Positions 31,448 to 40,264 of a stretch of DNA of 64,000 bases are shown piece by piece. Where the stretch lies: NCBI GenBank assembly GCA_050014495.1, contig JBEKDF010000007.1, positions 31,094 to 95,093 of the forward strand, read 5' to 3'. Every line of letters starts with the position of its first letter. Position 1 is the first letter of the stretch. Made by a program: the position numbers and the translations under genes. Source of the stretch: Candidatus Bathyarchaeia archaeon (GTDB lineage Archaea; Thermoproteota; Bathyarchaeia; TCS64). Below the pieces are notes generated by a model. It ran no database searches and had not been told where the DNA came from. It saw nothing but the letters and a program-made list of their open reading frames with translations.

Positions 31448-31699
31448 ATGGGTGATAAAATAAATATTATTTCGGATTATAAAGACGCTGAAATAGAATG
31501 TAAAAGATGGTTTGAGGATAAATTCCCGAAAGCTGATTACATTATCTTTAACAGGGTTGGGATGGAAAATAATGTTTGGAACCTAGAAGGGGAAGTTTCG
31601 GTTCCTCATGGATTCGGTAGCGAAAAAAAGGGATTTTATGTTAAAATAACCTCAGATGGAGATATAGTAAGTTATGAGATAATTACTGTGAAAAAATAA
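31448..31699 (+). CDS. Small AT-rich hypothetical protein (PepSY-like)
   Basis: Clean ORF after TTTAAATA; VKITSDGDIVSYEI C-terminus. Confidence 0.6.
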   Translation: MGDKINIISDYKDAEIECKRWFEDKFPKADYIIFNRVGMENNVWNLEGEVSVPHGFGSEKKGFYVKITSDGDIVSYEIITVKK

Positions 31700-31895
31700 T
31701 GTGCTCGTATTAAGCTCGCGTAACCCAAATTACTTAATCTGCCAGATATCTCGAAGTACTCGGCTATCCTCGGATTGTCCCGAGGATCCGAGGCGACAGG
31801 CTGATCCCATAGATACCCTATCTAAGTCGTATTTGGCAATCGAATATTGTCGCCGAGTCATATTATTTGGTGTGCGCGCGCATTTTTATTTTCTA

Positions 31896-32360
31896 TCATT
31901 TATGGCTGGTTATTATGAGATTGTTTACATTGAAACCTTTGGACTTTACAGATTCTATTAATTGGGAATATAGCTTGTCATCCATTTTCGGTGTTCTGCA
32001 TAATATCCAAAGATACTTGCGGTTTGGCGTGCCTACAACGGAATAATCATAGTCCTTACCCAGATTGATAATCCAATAATCACCATAGAACGGCCAGAAG
32101 AAGGTTACTTTAAGTTTCGCTCCAGAGTCCTTGTCAACCACTTTTGCCTTGCCCTTTGCCTGTTTCGCCTTGCCATCTTTTATGCATTCGTTGAGCACAG
32201 ATATGCTGCCATCTTCAGATAAAGCATAAGTTGCCGTCGTATCATCGCAACCTTCTTGAAATCTGGCTGGAAGGTGTGCAATCTCATACCATTTGCCTAG
32301 ATATTTTTTCAGATCTACGTGCGGCACGACTTCAAGCGTTTTGTATTCCCCTTTTGTCAA
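31896..32360 (-). CDS. blc: Lipocalin (Blc/TIL-like) without signal peptide
   Basis: YLGKWYEIA, LKVTFFWPFYGDYW, YLWILCR. Confidence 0.9.
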   Translation of the reverse strand: MTKGEYKTLEVVPHVDLKKYLGKWYEIAHLPARFQEGCDDTTATYALSEDGSISVLNECIKDGKAKQAKGKAKVVDKDSGAKLKVTFFWPFYGDYWIINLGKDYDYSVVGTPNRKYLWILCRTPKMDDKLYSQLIESVKSKGFNVNNLIITSHK

Positions 32361-32426
32361 GATAAATCACGCAGCATCAAAGTAAGGCATCAATGTATGG
32401 CTTTCGGTGAACATGTGCGCTTGAGC

Positions 32427-33455
32427 TCAGTATAGTAGCTTGCCATCCTCAACATACTTCTTACCGTCGATGTAGAGAGTCGGCTTAAAGGATACGACAT
32501 CGATATGGAGCTTCGCGATGGTGCCTGGCTCGGAGCGGCCGCCAGAGTCTCCCCAGGCGGTGTGAACGGTCCCCTCCGACATCTTTACCTCGTGGTATGG
32601 AGGGACGGTAGCAGGGATGTTCGGGGCGCCTAGAGCTGAGACGCCTTTGCGGGTGAGTGGGTTGAGGCCCACCGCAAGTTCACACATCTTGTAGATGTTC
32701 GGGTCGTCGAGGGACCCGAGAATCTTCCAGAACATCTCGCCCAACTCTCCCTCCGACTTTACGAGCACACCGTCCTTAACTGTGAACCTCGCCCTCTTTC
32801 CGGGTAGCACATCGCTGCAGACTCCTATCCAATCTACATTTATGACACCGTTGGCATCGCCGAAAAAGCCGGTGGACATGCACTCACACTGGCTCCAGCC
32901 AGCTTTTCCCTCTCCGGGCCCGAAGCCCCAGAAGTTCTTTGTGGTGCCAGTCAGCTCCTCACCGTCGGTGATGAGTCGGAACTTCTTACCCTCAGACTTG
33001 TTGAACATGTCAGCCCACTTGTGTGATCTATCGATGAGGGCAAGAGGATCGTAGTCCCTGATGTGCCAAAGGGCCTCGTTTAAGTTCTGTGGCCAACCGA
33101 AGAGGAACTTGGTGCCTCCTGCGCCTGCGTCCTTTAACTCCTGGCAGAAGGCGGGGTCCCAGTCGCAGAACCAGTAGATGTAGTTAGTAGCTTTAAGGGC
33201 AGCAGCCACGGTTCTGGGTAGTCTAATGGCCCTACCTAGTGACCAGAGCCCAACGACCTCCTTTGGGGTGTTGATCACCATGACGTGAGGCACGGCTCCT
33301 ATCGCGAGGGCATGGGTGACTAGGGCGCTGTACCTAGTTGTATCTGTGTCCGCGCTTACACAGATGAGAATCTCATCCCCCGCCTTGACTTTCTTGAATT
33401 CCAGGGTCCATTGGGCTAGTTCGCTGAACAGAGTCTCTCTAAGCAAAACAACCAC
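32427..33455 (-). CDS. M29 aminopeptidase / NicX-like metalloprotein
   Basis: ELAVGLNP, GTVH.AWGDS, LHID, PTLYIDG. Confidence 0.75.
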   Translation of the reverse strand: MVVLLRETLFSELAQWTLEFKKVKAGDEILICVSADTDTTRYSALVTHALAIGAVPHVMVINTPKEVVGLWSLGRAIRLPRTVAAALKATNYIYWFCDWDPAFCQELKDAGAGGTKFLFGWPQNLNEALWHIRDYDPLALIDRSHKWADMFNKSEGKKFRLITDGEELTGTTKNFWGFGPGEGKAGWSQCECMSTGFFGDANGVINVDWIGVCSDVLPGKRARFTVKDGVLVKSEGELGEMFWKILGSLDDPNIYKMCELAVGLNPLTRKGVSALGAPNIPATVPPYHEVKMSEGTVHTAWGDSGGRSEPGTIAKLHIDVVSFKPTLYIDGKKYVEDGKLLY

Positions 33456-33578
33456 GGTTAGCTCCCTCAGCTTGGTGCCGATATAAGATTTTACAGAAAT
33501 TCAGGGTTACATTTTTGAGGTAATTTAAACGCAAGTTACGTAGTGCACGCGTGTGCACAGATGCGTATACTTCGATCT

Positions 33579-33791
33579 TTACTTTTTAGCCGATACCCTT
33601 TCCACTTTTACAATTGCTCTGCTGACACCAGCAAGAGGAGGCAACAGATGTGATAGTGTTTGTTCGGCTGTGCATCGTCTAACTATTCCCTTAGAACTAG
33701 TTTCAAACCAACCATCTTTGTCTCTTTGAAAGGATTGTAGTACCCTTCCGTCTTTGTTAAGAAATTTGATTATGCATTCATTGTTCCTCAT
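33579..33791 (-). CDS. Small hypothetical protein
   Basis: ATG with GGTGA ribosome-binding site; 70 aa. Confidence 0.6.
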   Translation of the reverse strand: MRNNECIIKFLNKDGRVLQSFQRDKDGWFETSSKGIVRRCTAEQTLSHLLPPLAGVSRAIVKVERVSAKK

Positions 33792-33842
33792 TGACTCACC
33801 AGCTCGTGCGAGTGGATTTCTTCTAGTTGTGCGTGTACCATA

Positions 33843-33860
33843 GCGCGCGCGCGCGCGCGC
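33843..33860. repeat. Perfect (GC)9 tract
   Basis: Read directly; abuts the aldolase fragment. Confidence 0.98.
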
Positions 33861-34194
33861 ATTAGTTATTCCAATGATAGAAACCGTTGAGGGGTTAGAT
33901 AATATAGATGGAATCCTCTCCGTTCCTGGAATCGACGTTCTTTTAGTGGGTCCTTCAGACCTTTCAATTAACTTGGGTATAACTCTGGATTATCTAAACC
34001 CAAAGTATGGAGAGGCATTGGATAAAATCGCTGCTGCCTGCAAGAAGGCGGGTGTGATCCCTGGCATGTACTTCATCCCGGGGGAACAAGATCCAAACAT
34101 GTTCGTTGAAAGAGGATTTACATTATTCACTCTACCATGGAATAAATGGGCCGCTAAAGGTATACAGAGTGGTCTAGAAACGATTAAAAGATAA
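33861..34194 (+). pseudogene. C-terminal part of an HpcH/HpaI aldolase
   Basis: LVIPMIETVEGLDNIDGILSVPGIDVLLVGPSDLS begins immediately after (GC)9; N-terminal half absent. Confidence 0.85.
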
Positions 34195-34265
34195 AACCCG
34201 CACGAGCACTATTGAGTGATACCCTCTTTATATTGCGCGCGCAAGACCCCCGCGTGTGCATTCTT

Positions 34266-35216
34266 TTAGTAGTTCGGAAATTCTTTCTGAAAATCTAGGT
34301 CAACCCATTGACCCTTTCCTCTATCGGAGAATTGAGAGTATGCCTCCCATGCACAGACGGCGTCGTGGGCAGCCAGCCCTTGAGAGTCATAGAGTGTTAT
34401 TTCGTCGGGTGATATTCTTCCGAGTTTTTTCCCCGTAATTACGTCCCCTAGGTCTGGGAAAACGACGTTTTCATCTATGACGCCGGCTTTGATTGCGTAA
34501 CTGAGCTTTCCCTCCAGCTTACTCTGTGCTAGCAACTCTGTGAATACTTTGGCTCTTAGGAAGATCTTCGGATCTACCTCGGGTTGGTTGCCCATGGTAG
34601 CTATGTGTGCCCCGGGTGGGACGTCTTCGTATTGTAGAACGGGTTTGTCAGCTTTTGTGCCGGTTATTATGATGTCGGTATCCTTTACTGCCTCAGCGGG
34701 GGATGGGGCCGCGTTTATTTGTACCCCGAGTTTTTCCCCCATTTCTTTAACGTAACGAGCTATGTTTTCACTGGATCTACTGTATGCTTTGACGGATTCG
34801 ATCTTCATCGTTTCGCATAGTGCCCACAGGACGTGCCTAGCTACGAACCCTGTTCCGATGACTCCGACGGTTTTGGAGTCCTTCCTCGCCAGGTACTTTG
34901 CGGATAATGCCCCTGCGGCTCCTGTTCGGAAACCTGTAATGAGGTTTCCATCCATCAGGACGATGTTGTTTTTTGTGTAGTCGACGAGTAGTATGACCTG
35001 TACGCCTTTTGTTAGGAGCTTCAGGGCGAGGTAGCCTGGTTCCTTTACGATGGCGGTTCCCAGTAGTCCACCATATTCTGATCTCAGCCATATTCTTGGA
35101 AAACTCTGAACATGTCCCTCTGATGCTAAGATGTATGCTTTCTCGCAGAGATCTATGCATTTTTTCATGCTCAATGCTTCGGACACTTCTTGTTTTCCAA
35201 GCAAAAGTGTTCTCAT
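34266..35216 (-). CDS. Ornithine cyclodeaminase/mu-crystallin family protein
   Basis: ITGFRTGA, GVIGTG..A, ITLYDSQGLA.HD. Confidence 0.9.
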   Translation of the reverse strand: MRTLLLGKQEVSEALSMKKCIDLCEKAYILASEGHVQSFPRIWLRSEYGGLLGTAIVKEPGYLALKLLTKGVQVILLVDYTKNNIVLMDGNLITGFRTGAAGALSAKYLARKDSKTVGVIGTGFVARHVLWALCETMKIESVKAYSRSSENIARYVKEMGEKLGVQINAAPSPAEAVKDTDIIITGTKADKPVLQYEDVPPGAHIATMGNQPEVDPKIFLRAKVFTELLAQSKLEGKLSYAIKAGVIDENVVFPDLGDVITGKKLGRISPDEITLYDSQGLAAHDAVCAWEAYSQFSDRGKGQWVDLDFQKEFPNY

Positions 35217-35293
35217 GGGGTTTGTTCAACTTAGTAGAGGTTGCTCTGTATTGAAAAAATTTAAGGTGGAACTGGATTTGCGGGCTGTGAGGG

Positions 35294-36031
35294 TCAGTGC
35301 TCTCTAAACAGACTACCGAAGCCGTTGATTTTGTCATCGATGTTCATTTTTCGCAGGGTGGCCCAGAACGTCGCTTGGTTTGAGGTTATTACGGGTTTTC
35401 CCATCTTTCTCTCGAATTCATCGATTCGGGCTAGGGTTGCGAAGTTGGTGCAGGATACGAAGATTCCCTCTGCGTCGCTGCTGTCGACTTTCCTGGCGAT
35501 GTACTCAAACTGGTCTATTGGCTGGCGGCCAACGTGCACGGCGGTCGGTAGTACTAGGCCCTCTATCTTCGTGACGTTCATGCCCTTCTGTTCCATGAAC
35601 TTCTTCAGACGGGGGCTGGCGACCTCGTAGGGGGATCCGACAGCGATTCGTTTTAGGCCCATCGTTTTTAGGGCTTGCACTGCGGCGGTCGAGGTCACTA
35701 TGCATGGGGCCCCTCCTGCATTCTGCATGCGCTGGGCTAGTTCCTCGTCCCATCCGGCGCCGCGGAAGAAGCTACCGGCGGTAAATGCGAAGGCTAGCAC
35801 ATCCACCTTGGCTGTGGCCAGCTCCTGCGCGGCTTTCTCGCCGTTGCTGCAGCCGACCTCGCACATGCGTACGAAGTTTTCTTCGCTGCTTATATCGACG
35901 GGCGCGTACATGCGGGCGGTGTGGGCGGTCACCCCCTTTGGAAGTAGGCTGTAGATTTCTGGTTCAGCGACGGTGTTCATCGCTGGTAGAATCATGCCTA
36001 TTCTGCCTCGTTCCCCCAATTCCATGAGCAT
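35294..36031 (-). CDS. Maleate isomerase/arylmalonate decarboxylase (Asp/Glu racemase) family protein
   Basis: IGMILP..N.VAEPE, SPY, VSCTN, PVITSNQA..W; first catalytic Cys position is Phe (FAFTAGS). Confidence 0.88.
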   Translation of the reverse strand: MLMELGERGRIGMILPAMNTVAEPEIYSLLPKGVTAHTARMYAPVDISSEENFVRMCEVGCSNGEKAAQELATAKVDVLAFAFTAGSFFRGAGWDEELAQRMQNAGGAPCIVTSTAAVQALKTMGLKRIAVGSPYEVASPRLKKFMEQKGMNVTKIEGLVLPTAVHVGRQPIDQFEYIARKVDSSDAEGIFVSCTNFATLARIDEFERKMGKPVITSNQATFWATLRKMNIDDKINGFGSLFREH

Positions 36032-36235
36032 TCACTTCCTGAAGGTTTAGAGATTAAGTCGTATGTATCTGTGGTTTAATGTTTCTCATAATTGCGCGCG
36101 CGTTAGTGAGGTCTTGGGTTAAGTGCGTGAAACTATCACTTGTATCGCTGGGCGAGTATATTCGGTATGCGCGCGCCGGTGAATTTCAATACCACACATG
36201 GGTGACTTCATGAACGGTGCGAGTCTTCGAACGTC

Positions 36236-36243
36236 TTTTATGT
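36236..36243 (+). promoter_or_regulatory. Archaeal TATA box, probably a leaderless transcript
   Basis: TTTTATGT centred about 26 nt upstream of ATG 36266. Confidence 0.55.
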
Positions 36244-36265
36244 ACCCAGGAAGTTTTCCCAGCCT

Positions 36266-36820
36266 ATGACTACTAAGAGCGGAGACACGGCACTGTTGAT
36301 TATCGACGTTCAGAACGTCTTCTTTGACAAGGATGGCGACGACTACGCCTACTGCGGGGACGAGATCCTGTCAAGGATCAAGGGACTGATATCGCGGGCG
36401 AGGAACGCCGGTGTACCTGTCATATACGTTCAGCACGATGAGGATAAGGGTTTACCATTCGAGCCTGGGAAACCAGGCTGGCAAATAAACCCCGAAATCG
36501 CCCCCATGAAGGGGGAGCTGGTCATGCACAAGAGGACCCCCGACTCCTTCTACGGCACGACGCTCCAGGCCGAACTCGAATCACGGGGAATAAGGAAGCT
36601 CATAATCGCGGGTTTCCAGACAGAGTGGTGCATAGACACGACGGTGCGTCGCGCATACAGCCTCGAATACGAGGTCATGGTGGTCGAGGATGGCCACAGC
36701 ACGTGTAACACGAGGATTTTGAAGGCGCCCCAGATTATTGCCCACCACAACTCGATCTTCGGCGGCAGGTTCGCCAAGCTCAGGAATGCAAAGGATATTG
36801 ACTTCAAGTCGTCGAAGTAA
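36266..36820 (+). CDS. Isochorismatase-family cysteine hydrolase
   Basis: LIIDVQ, K..PDSF..T.L, GFQTEWCIDTT.R.A. Confidence 0.92.
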   Translation: MTTKSGDTALLIIDVQNVFFDKDGDDYAYCGDEILSRIKGLISRARNAGVPVIYVQHDEDKGLPFEPGKPGWQINPEIAPMKGELVMHKRTPDSFYGTTLQAELESRGIRKLIIAGFQTEWCIDTTVRRAYSLEYEVMVVEDGHSTCNTRILKAPQIIAHHNSIFGGRFAKLRNAKDIDFKSSK

Positions 36821-36844
36821 ATTCTCCACTTAGTCGCGTGCGCG

Positions 36845-36970
36845 CATAACCTTATCTTCACTTCCAACTGATAATCAGCCGTGAGTTCAATGATTGACTT
36901 GCACTTCTTCAAGGATAGCGACAGCCATAAGCCTAGTTCTTGGAGTGCTCTAATACACATTCAAGCTAGG
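36845..36970 (+). repeat. Dispersed repeat, core plus long tail
   Basis: CATAACCTTATCTTCACTTCCAACTGA; tail matches 23042-23119; left end at CGCGTGCGCG. Confidence 0.75.
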
Positions 36971-36992
36971 GACGACAGGGGGAGAAGGTATC

Positions 36993-38147
36993 ATGAATCC
37001 TGATACCTCCAAACAAGCAAAGCCCACTCAGGGAAGGCTCCAATTCATCGATTTCACACGCGGAATCATAATGGTGATCATGGCTTGGGACCATGTCGCA
37101 ACCTTCTGGTGGCCCCAGCACTACGGAAGCGAAGGCCTCGGGGGATTCTTCCCATACCTAACAGCTGATCTCATACCCTTCATGTCGAGGTTCATCACCC
37201 ACTTCTGCGCCCCAACATTCTTCTTCCTATCCGGGACATCGATCGCAATCTCCACCGCGAGGAGGCTTCAGAGGGGAGAGAGCCAAATGGACGTCACCAT
37301 CCACCTCGTGAAGAGGGCGGGCGTATTGGTCCTCCTCATGGTATTCATCGAGGGAAACGCCTTCGGACTCAGCCCCATCTACTTCGGCGTCCTCGGCTGC
37401 TTCGCAGCCTGCTTCATAATATTCAGCGTCTTCAGGAGGCTCCCGTGGCAGGTCATACTCACGGTATCTCTAGTCATCGTTATTTTCCATCCGCTCCTCG
37501 ACCTGAGCTTCCTCCCACAAGAGGGCCTCGGGCTCATGCTGAGACTCTATCTCCATGAGCCAAACCTAACAAGCTACTACCCCTTCCAGGTCCTCTACCC
37601 CATAATCCCGTGGGTCGGCGTCATGGGGCTGGGATGGTGCTTCGGCGTGCTCCTCAACCGCCTAGACAGGACTCGGATAAAGAGACTGGCGACGCCAATC
37701 GCCCTGACAGGGGTGGCCTCAATCATCGCATTTGTGGTGATCCGGTGGCTCAACGGCTACGGTAACCTGGTACCGAGGAGCGGAGACACAATCCAGGCCT
37801 GGCTGGCGGTCTCGAAGTATCCCCCGGACCTGGCTTTTCTCTCTATAACCCTCGGTGGCATGTGTCTGCTGCTGGCGCTTGGCATTCGCATAGAGGATAA
37901 GAAGTGGTTTAATGGGGGAGTAATTGGTGTTCTGCTCGTCTTTGGTCGGAACCCCCTCTTCTTCTACGTCACTCACTTGGTTCTCTACAGGGTCCGCCCA
38001 TTCTACACTGTTTTGCCCCTATTCTCTATGGATCTCCCCACCATCATTGCCTTCTGGTTTTTGGGCCTCATAGTGATGTGGAGGCTGTGTCTACGATACG
38101 AGAAGTTTAAGAGGGCTCACCCAGAGTCGCTTCTCCAATATATCTAG
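36993..38147 (+). CDS. DUF1624/HGSNAT-like membrane acyltransferase
   Basis: IDFTRG..M..MAWDH, THFCAPTF.FLSG, YPIIPW.GVM, SKYPP. Confidence 0.88.
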   Translation: MNPDTSKQAKPTQGRLQFIDFTRGIIMVIMAWDHVATFWWPQHYGSEGLGGFFPYLTADLIPFMSRFITHFCAPTFFFLSGTSIAISTARRLQRGESQMDVTIHLVKRAGVLVLLMVFIEGNAFGLSPIYFGVLGCFAACFIIFSVFRRLPWQVILTVSLVIVIFHPLLDLSFLPQEGLGLMLRLYLHEPNLTSYYPFQVLYPIIPWVGVMGLGWCFGVLLNRLDRTRIKRLATPIALTGVASIIAFVVIRWLNGYGNLVPRSGDTIQAWLAVSKYPPDLAFLSITLGGMCLLLALGIRIEDKKWFNGGVIGVLLVFGRNPLFFYVTHLVLYRVRPFYTVLPLFSMDLPTIIAFWFLGLIVMWRLCLRYEKFKRAHPESLLQYI

Positions 38148-38158
38148 CCAAGGTGTGT

Positions 38159-38222
38159 GTTTGGGGTCATAGTCTTATCCTCAGTTCCACCTGATTGTTA
38201 CCCGTGAACTTGATTGATCTAA
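38159..38222 (+). repeat. Dispersed repeat, core copy
   Basis: GTTTGGGGTCATAGTCTTATCCTCAGTTCCACCTGAT, one mismatch to 60801-60837. Confidence 0.92.
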
Positions 38223-38257
38223 ATGTGCGCGCTCATCGTTCAGACTGATCAAAGAAG

Positions 38258-38542
38258 CTAGGATTTTATTGACACGTCTTCTTCCTTGTCCTCAACCCAC
38301 CAGACCCATGCTCCTTCCTCATTGCGTTTTGCCTTAATTGTACCGCTGAGCCTCATCAGGTTCAAGGCAACGACGCTGTCGAATAGGCAGAAATTCACTC
38401 TCTTATGAACCTCCTGCTGCAGCTCCCTCGTAGTCAGGGGCTTTTTCGCTTCCCTGAGGACTGATACTATGAGTGGTGGTCCACCTTTTGGTTCATCATT
38501 GGTTGTTGCTGTCAAGGAGTAGTCATCTTTCTCTCCTTTCAT
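38258..38542 (-). CDS. Small winged-helix-like protein
   Basis: PLTTRELQ...LMRLSGTIK.KR...WVWWV wing. Confidence 0.7.
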   Translation of the reverse strand: MKGEKDDYSLTATTNDEPKGGPPLIVSVLREAKKPLTTRELQQEVHKRVNFCLFDSVVALNLMRLSGTIKAKRNEEGAWVWWVEDKEEDVSIKS

Positions 38543-38570
38543 TCTACTTAAAGAAGTAGTCTCTACCTTT

Positions 38571-38643
38571 CAATAGACTTATCCTCACTTCCACCTGATT
38601 CTTTTCTGTGAGATTGTATTGGTCGATCTATCTGAGATTCAGG
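38571..38643 (+). repeat. Dispersed repeat, core copy
   Basis: ATAGACTTATCCTCACTTCCACCTGATT. Confidence 0.9.
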
Positions 38644-38659
38644 TTGTCCCTAGATATGT

Positions 38660-39184
38660 ATGGTGGGACACAAGAAATTGGTTGAGGAACTGAGGAGAAC
38701 CCTCAGAGAGGTCGCGGAGGAGAAGTCCGCCGACAAATGGATACCAGTGATAGGCGGCCTACTCTTTCCAATCACCATCGTCGTTAGCCTATTGGACCTC
38801 GCGGCTCGCAACTGGACATATAACCTACCCGTGGGGATCACCGGCGTTGCCATGCTCACGGCGGGCTTAACCCTCTACGCCGCATCCCGTAAGTTCCTCG
38901 GGAGGTTCTACTCTGAGGCCGTAAAGATCGTACCCGATCACAGGTTCATCACCGATGGTCCCTACAGGATGATCCGGCACCCAATGTATCTGAGTGAGAT
39001 CGTATTCGGTCTCTCGATCCCGATGATCTTCGACAGTCTCCTCGGGTTATTCATTATGTTAGTTCCCATACCTTTGATCCTTCTCAGGATCAGGTTCGAG
39101 GAGGGTGTTCTGGTCTCAAGGTTCGGTCAGGAGTACCTTGAGTACAGTCGCAGGACCAAAAAACTGATTCCCTACATTTACTGA
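38660..39184 (+). CDS. ICMT/PEMT-family membrane methyltransferase
   Basis: ITDGPYRMIRHPMY, RIRFEE..L..FG.EY.EY. Confidence 0.9.
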   Translation: MVGHKKLVEELRRTLREVAEEKSADKWIPVIGGLLFPITIVVSLLDLAARNWTYNLPVGITGVAMLTAGLTLYAASRKFLGRFYSEAVKIVPDHRFITDGPYRMIRHPMYLSEIVFGLSIPMIFDSLLGLFIMLVPIPLILLRIRFEEGVLVSRFGQEYLEYSRRTKKLIPYIY

Positions 39185-39214
39185 CTCCTGACTCCTCTTA
39201 CGCATTCAGAATTT

Positions 39215-39254
39215 TGTGAAAACATTGGTTTGGGTTTGGGGGATAAGACTATGG
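39215..39254 (-). repeat. Dispersed repeat variant
   Basis: GGTTTGGGTTTGGGGGATAAGACTATGG. Confidence 0.7.
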
Positions 39255-39309
39255 TTTTTTTAAAAAAAAACTGCCTTGCTCCTGATTCGAAAGCTTCGGT
39301 GCGCTTCGC

Positions 39310-39402
39310 GTGGCCGTTGATAAGAAGTTGTGGAAACGTAGAAAAATAGATAATGGAAAGCGCGGGCAGGTTCAGAGGAGAAAGAGGGCGCAAGTAGTAT
39401 AA
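39310..39402 (+). CDS. Unannotated 30-aa basic microprotein
   Basis: GTG start; MAVDKKLWKRRKIDNGKRGQVQRRKRAQVV*, 12/30 K+R. Confidence 0.45.
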   Translation: MAVDKKLWKRRKIDNGKRGQVQRRKRAQVV

Positions 39403-39448
39403 TTAGTAGGAACACGGAGAGAAGAGGGTGGAATAGTTAAGAAAAGCC

Positions 39449-39464
39449 AGTCGCGCGAGCGACT
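39449..39464 (+). other. Perfect 6-bp hairpin with GNRA loop (AGTCGC GCGA GCGACT)
   Basis: Read directly; just upstream of the alba TATA-like CTTAATTA. Confidence 0.5.
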
Positions 39465-39514
39465 CTAACTCAAGTCTTAATTAGTCGCCACGTTTACTCG
39501 AATCGACGCTTGAA

Positions 39515-39787
39515 ATGTCCGTTGAAAACGTCGTCTATATCGGAAGCAAGCCCCTCATGAACTACTGCATAGCCGTCGTTACATCGCTACAGGAAAAAGG
39601 AGGCAGCGTCGCGGTGAAGGCGAGAGGCCGAGCCATAAGCACTGCTGTTGATGTAGTTGAGGTGACGAGGAGCAGGTTTCTTAAAGATATCACTGTTGAG
39701 GGTATAGAGATTGGGACTGAGGAGCTTAAATCTACGGATGGGCGGATGAAGAATGTCAGCTCTATAACAATCATCTTAAAAAAGTAA
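39515..39787 (+). CDS. albA: Chromatin protein Alba
   Basis: IGSKPLMNY, KARGRAISTAVDV.E, IEIGTEE, VSSI.I.L. Confidence 0.97.
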   Translation: MSVENVVYIGSKPLMNYCIAVVTSLQEKGGSVAVKARGRAISTAVDVVEVTRSRFLKDITVEGIEIGTEELKSTDGRMKNVSSITIILKK

Positions 39788-39896
39788 TGATAGCGCGCGC
39801 GCCGAAAGAATAGGTCGGAAGATCTGGACCTCTTACTGAGAAGAATAGGAAACTAAGGAAACAGCGCAGACGAGAGAAAAGAGCCGGAAGAACCAA

Positions 39897-39968
39897 ATGA
39901 AGCACGGGAAGCATGGTAGTCAGAAGTCGAAGAAAAAACGGTCAAAAGATAAAAGGAGTAAAAAGTAA
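39897..39968 (+). CDS. Unannotated 23-aa protamine-like microprotein
   Basis: MKHGKHGSQKSKKKRSKDKRSKK*, 12/23 K+R; ATGA overlap upstream, TAATG overlap downstream. Confidence 0.55.
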   Translation: MKHGKHGSQKSKKKRSKDKRSKK

Positions 39969-40087
39969 TGGGAAAGAAAAAGAAGGAAACTGGCGGTAAA
40001 CGCTCCAAGAATCTACGAGATAAAATGTCCCGTCTGTCGGACTGGAAGAGGAAACAGAGGGGTAACATTAAGAAGTTTGTGAGTTGA
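39968..40087 (+). CDS. Unannotated 39-aa basic microprotein
   Basis: MGKKKKETGGKRSKNLRDKMSRLSDWKRKQRGNIKKFVS*, 16/39 K+R; GGAG upstream. Confidence 0.6.
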   Translation: MGKKKKETGGKRSKNLRDKMSRLSDWKRKQRGNIKKFVS

Positions 40088-40141
40088 TGAAGAGGAAGTA
40101 GTGATGAGCAGAGAAAGCGCGTAAATGGAGCCAATTAATTG

Positions 40142-40264
40142 ATGAAAGTGAAAGAGGATAAGAAGGGTTACAGGCTACCCACTGAGTCCGAGAAGCGTGA
40201 CGATAAACTTCGTGATGCGTTGAAGACAGTTCGAGGGACGAAGAAACATTATCCATCACGATGA
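40142..40264 (+). CDS. Unannotated 40-aa charged/basic microprotein
   Basis: MKVKEDKKGYRLPTESEKRDDKLRDALKTVRGTKKHYPSR*; TGATG overlap, GGAG upstream. Confidence 0.55.
   Translation: MKVKEDKKGYRLPTESEKRDDKLRDALKTVRGTKKHYPSR

Noticed and set aside
38159..38643. Two repeat cores about 410 bp apart, resembling a CRISPR array
   Set aside because: Copies are dispersed, in both orientations and separated by whole genes; no regular 30-45 nt spacers and no cas genes.
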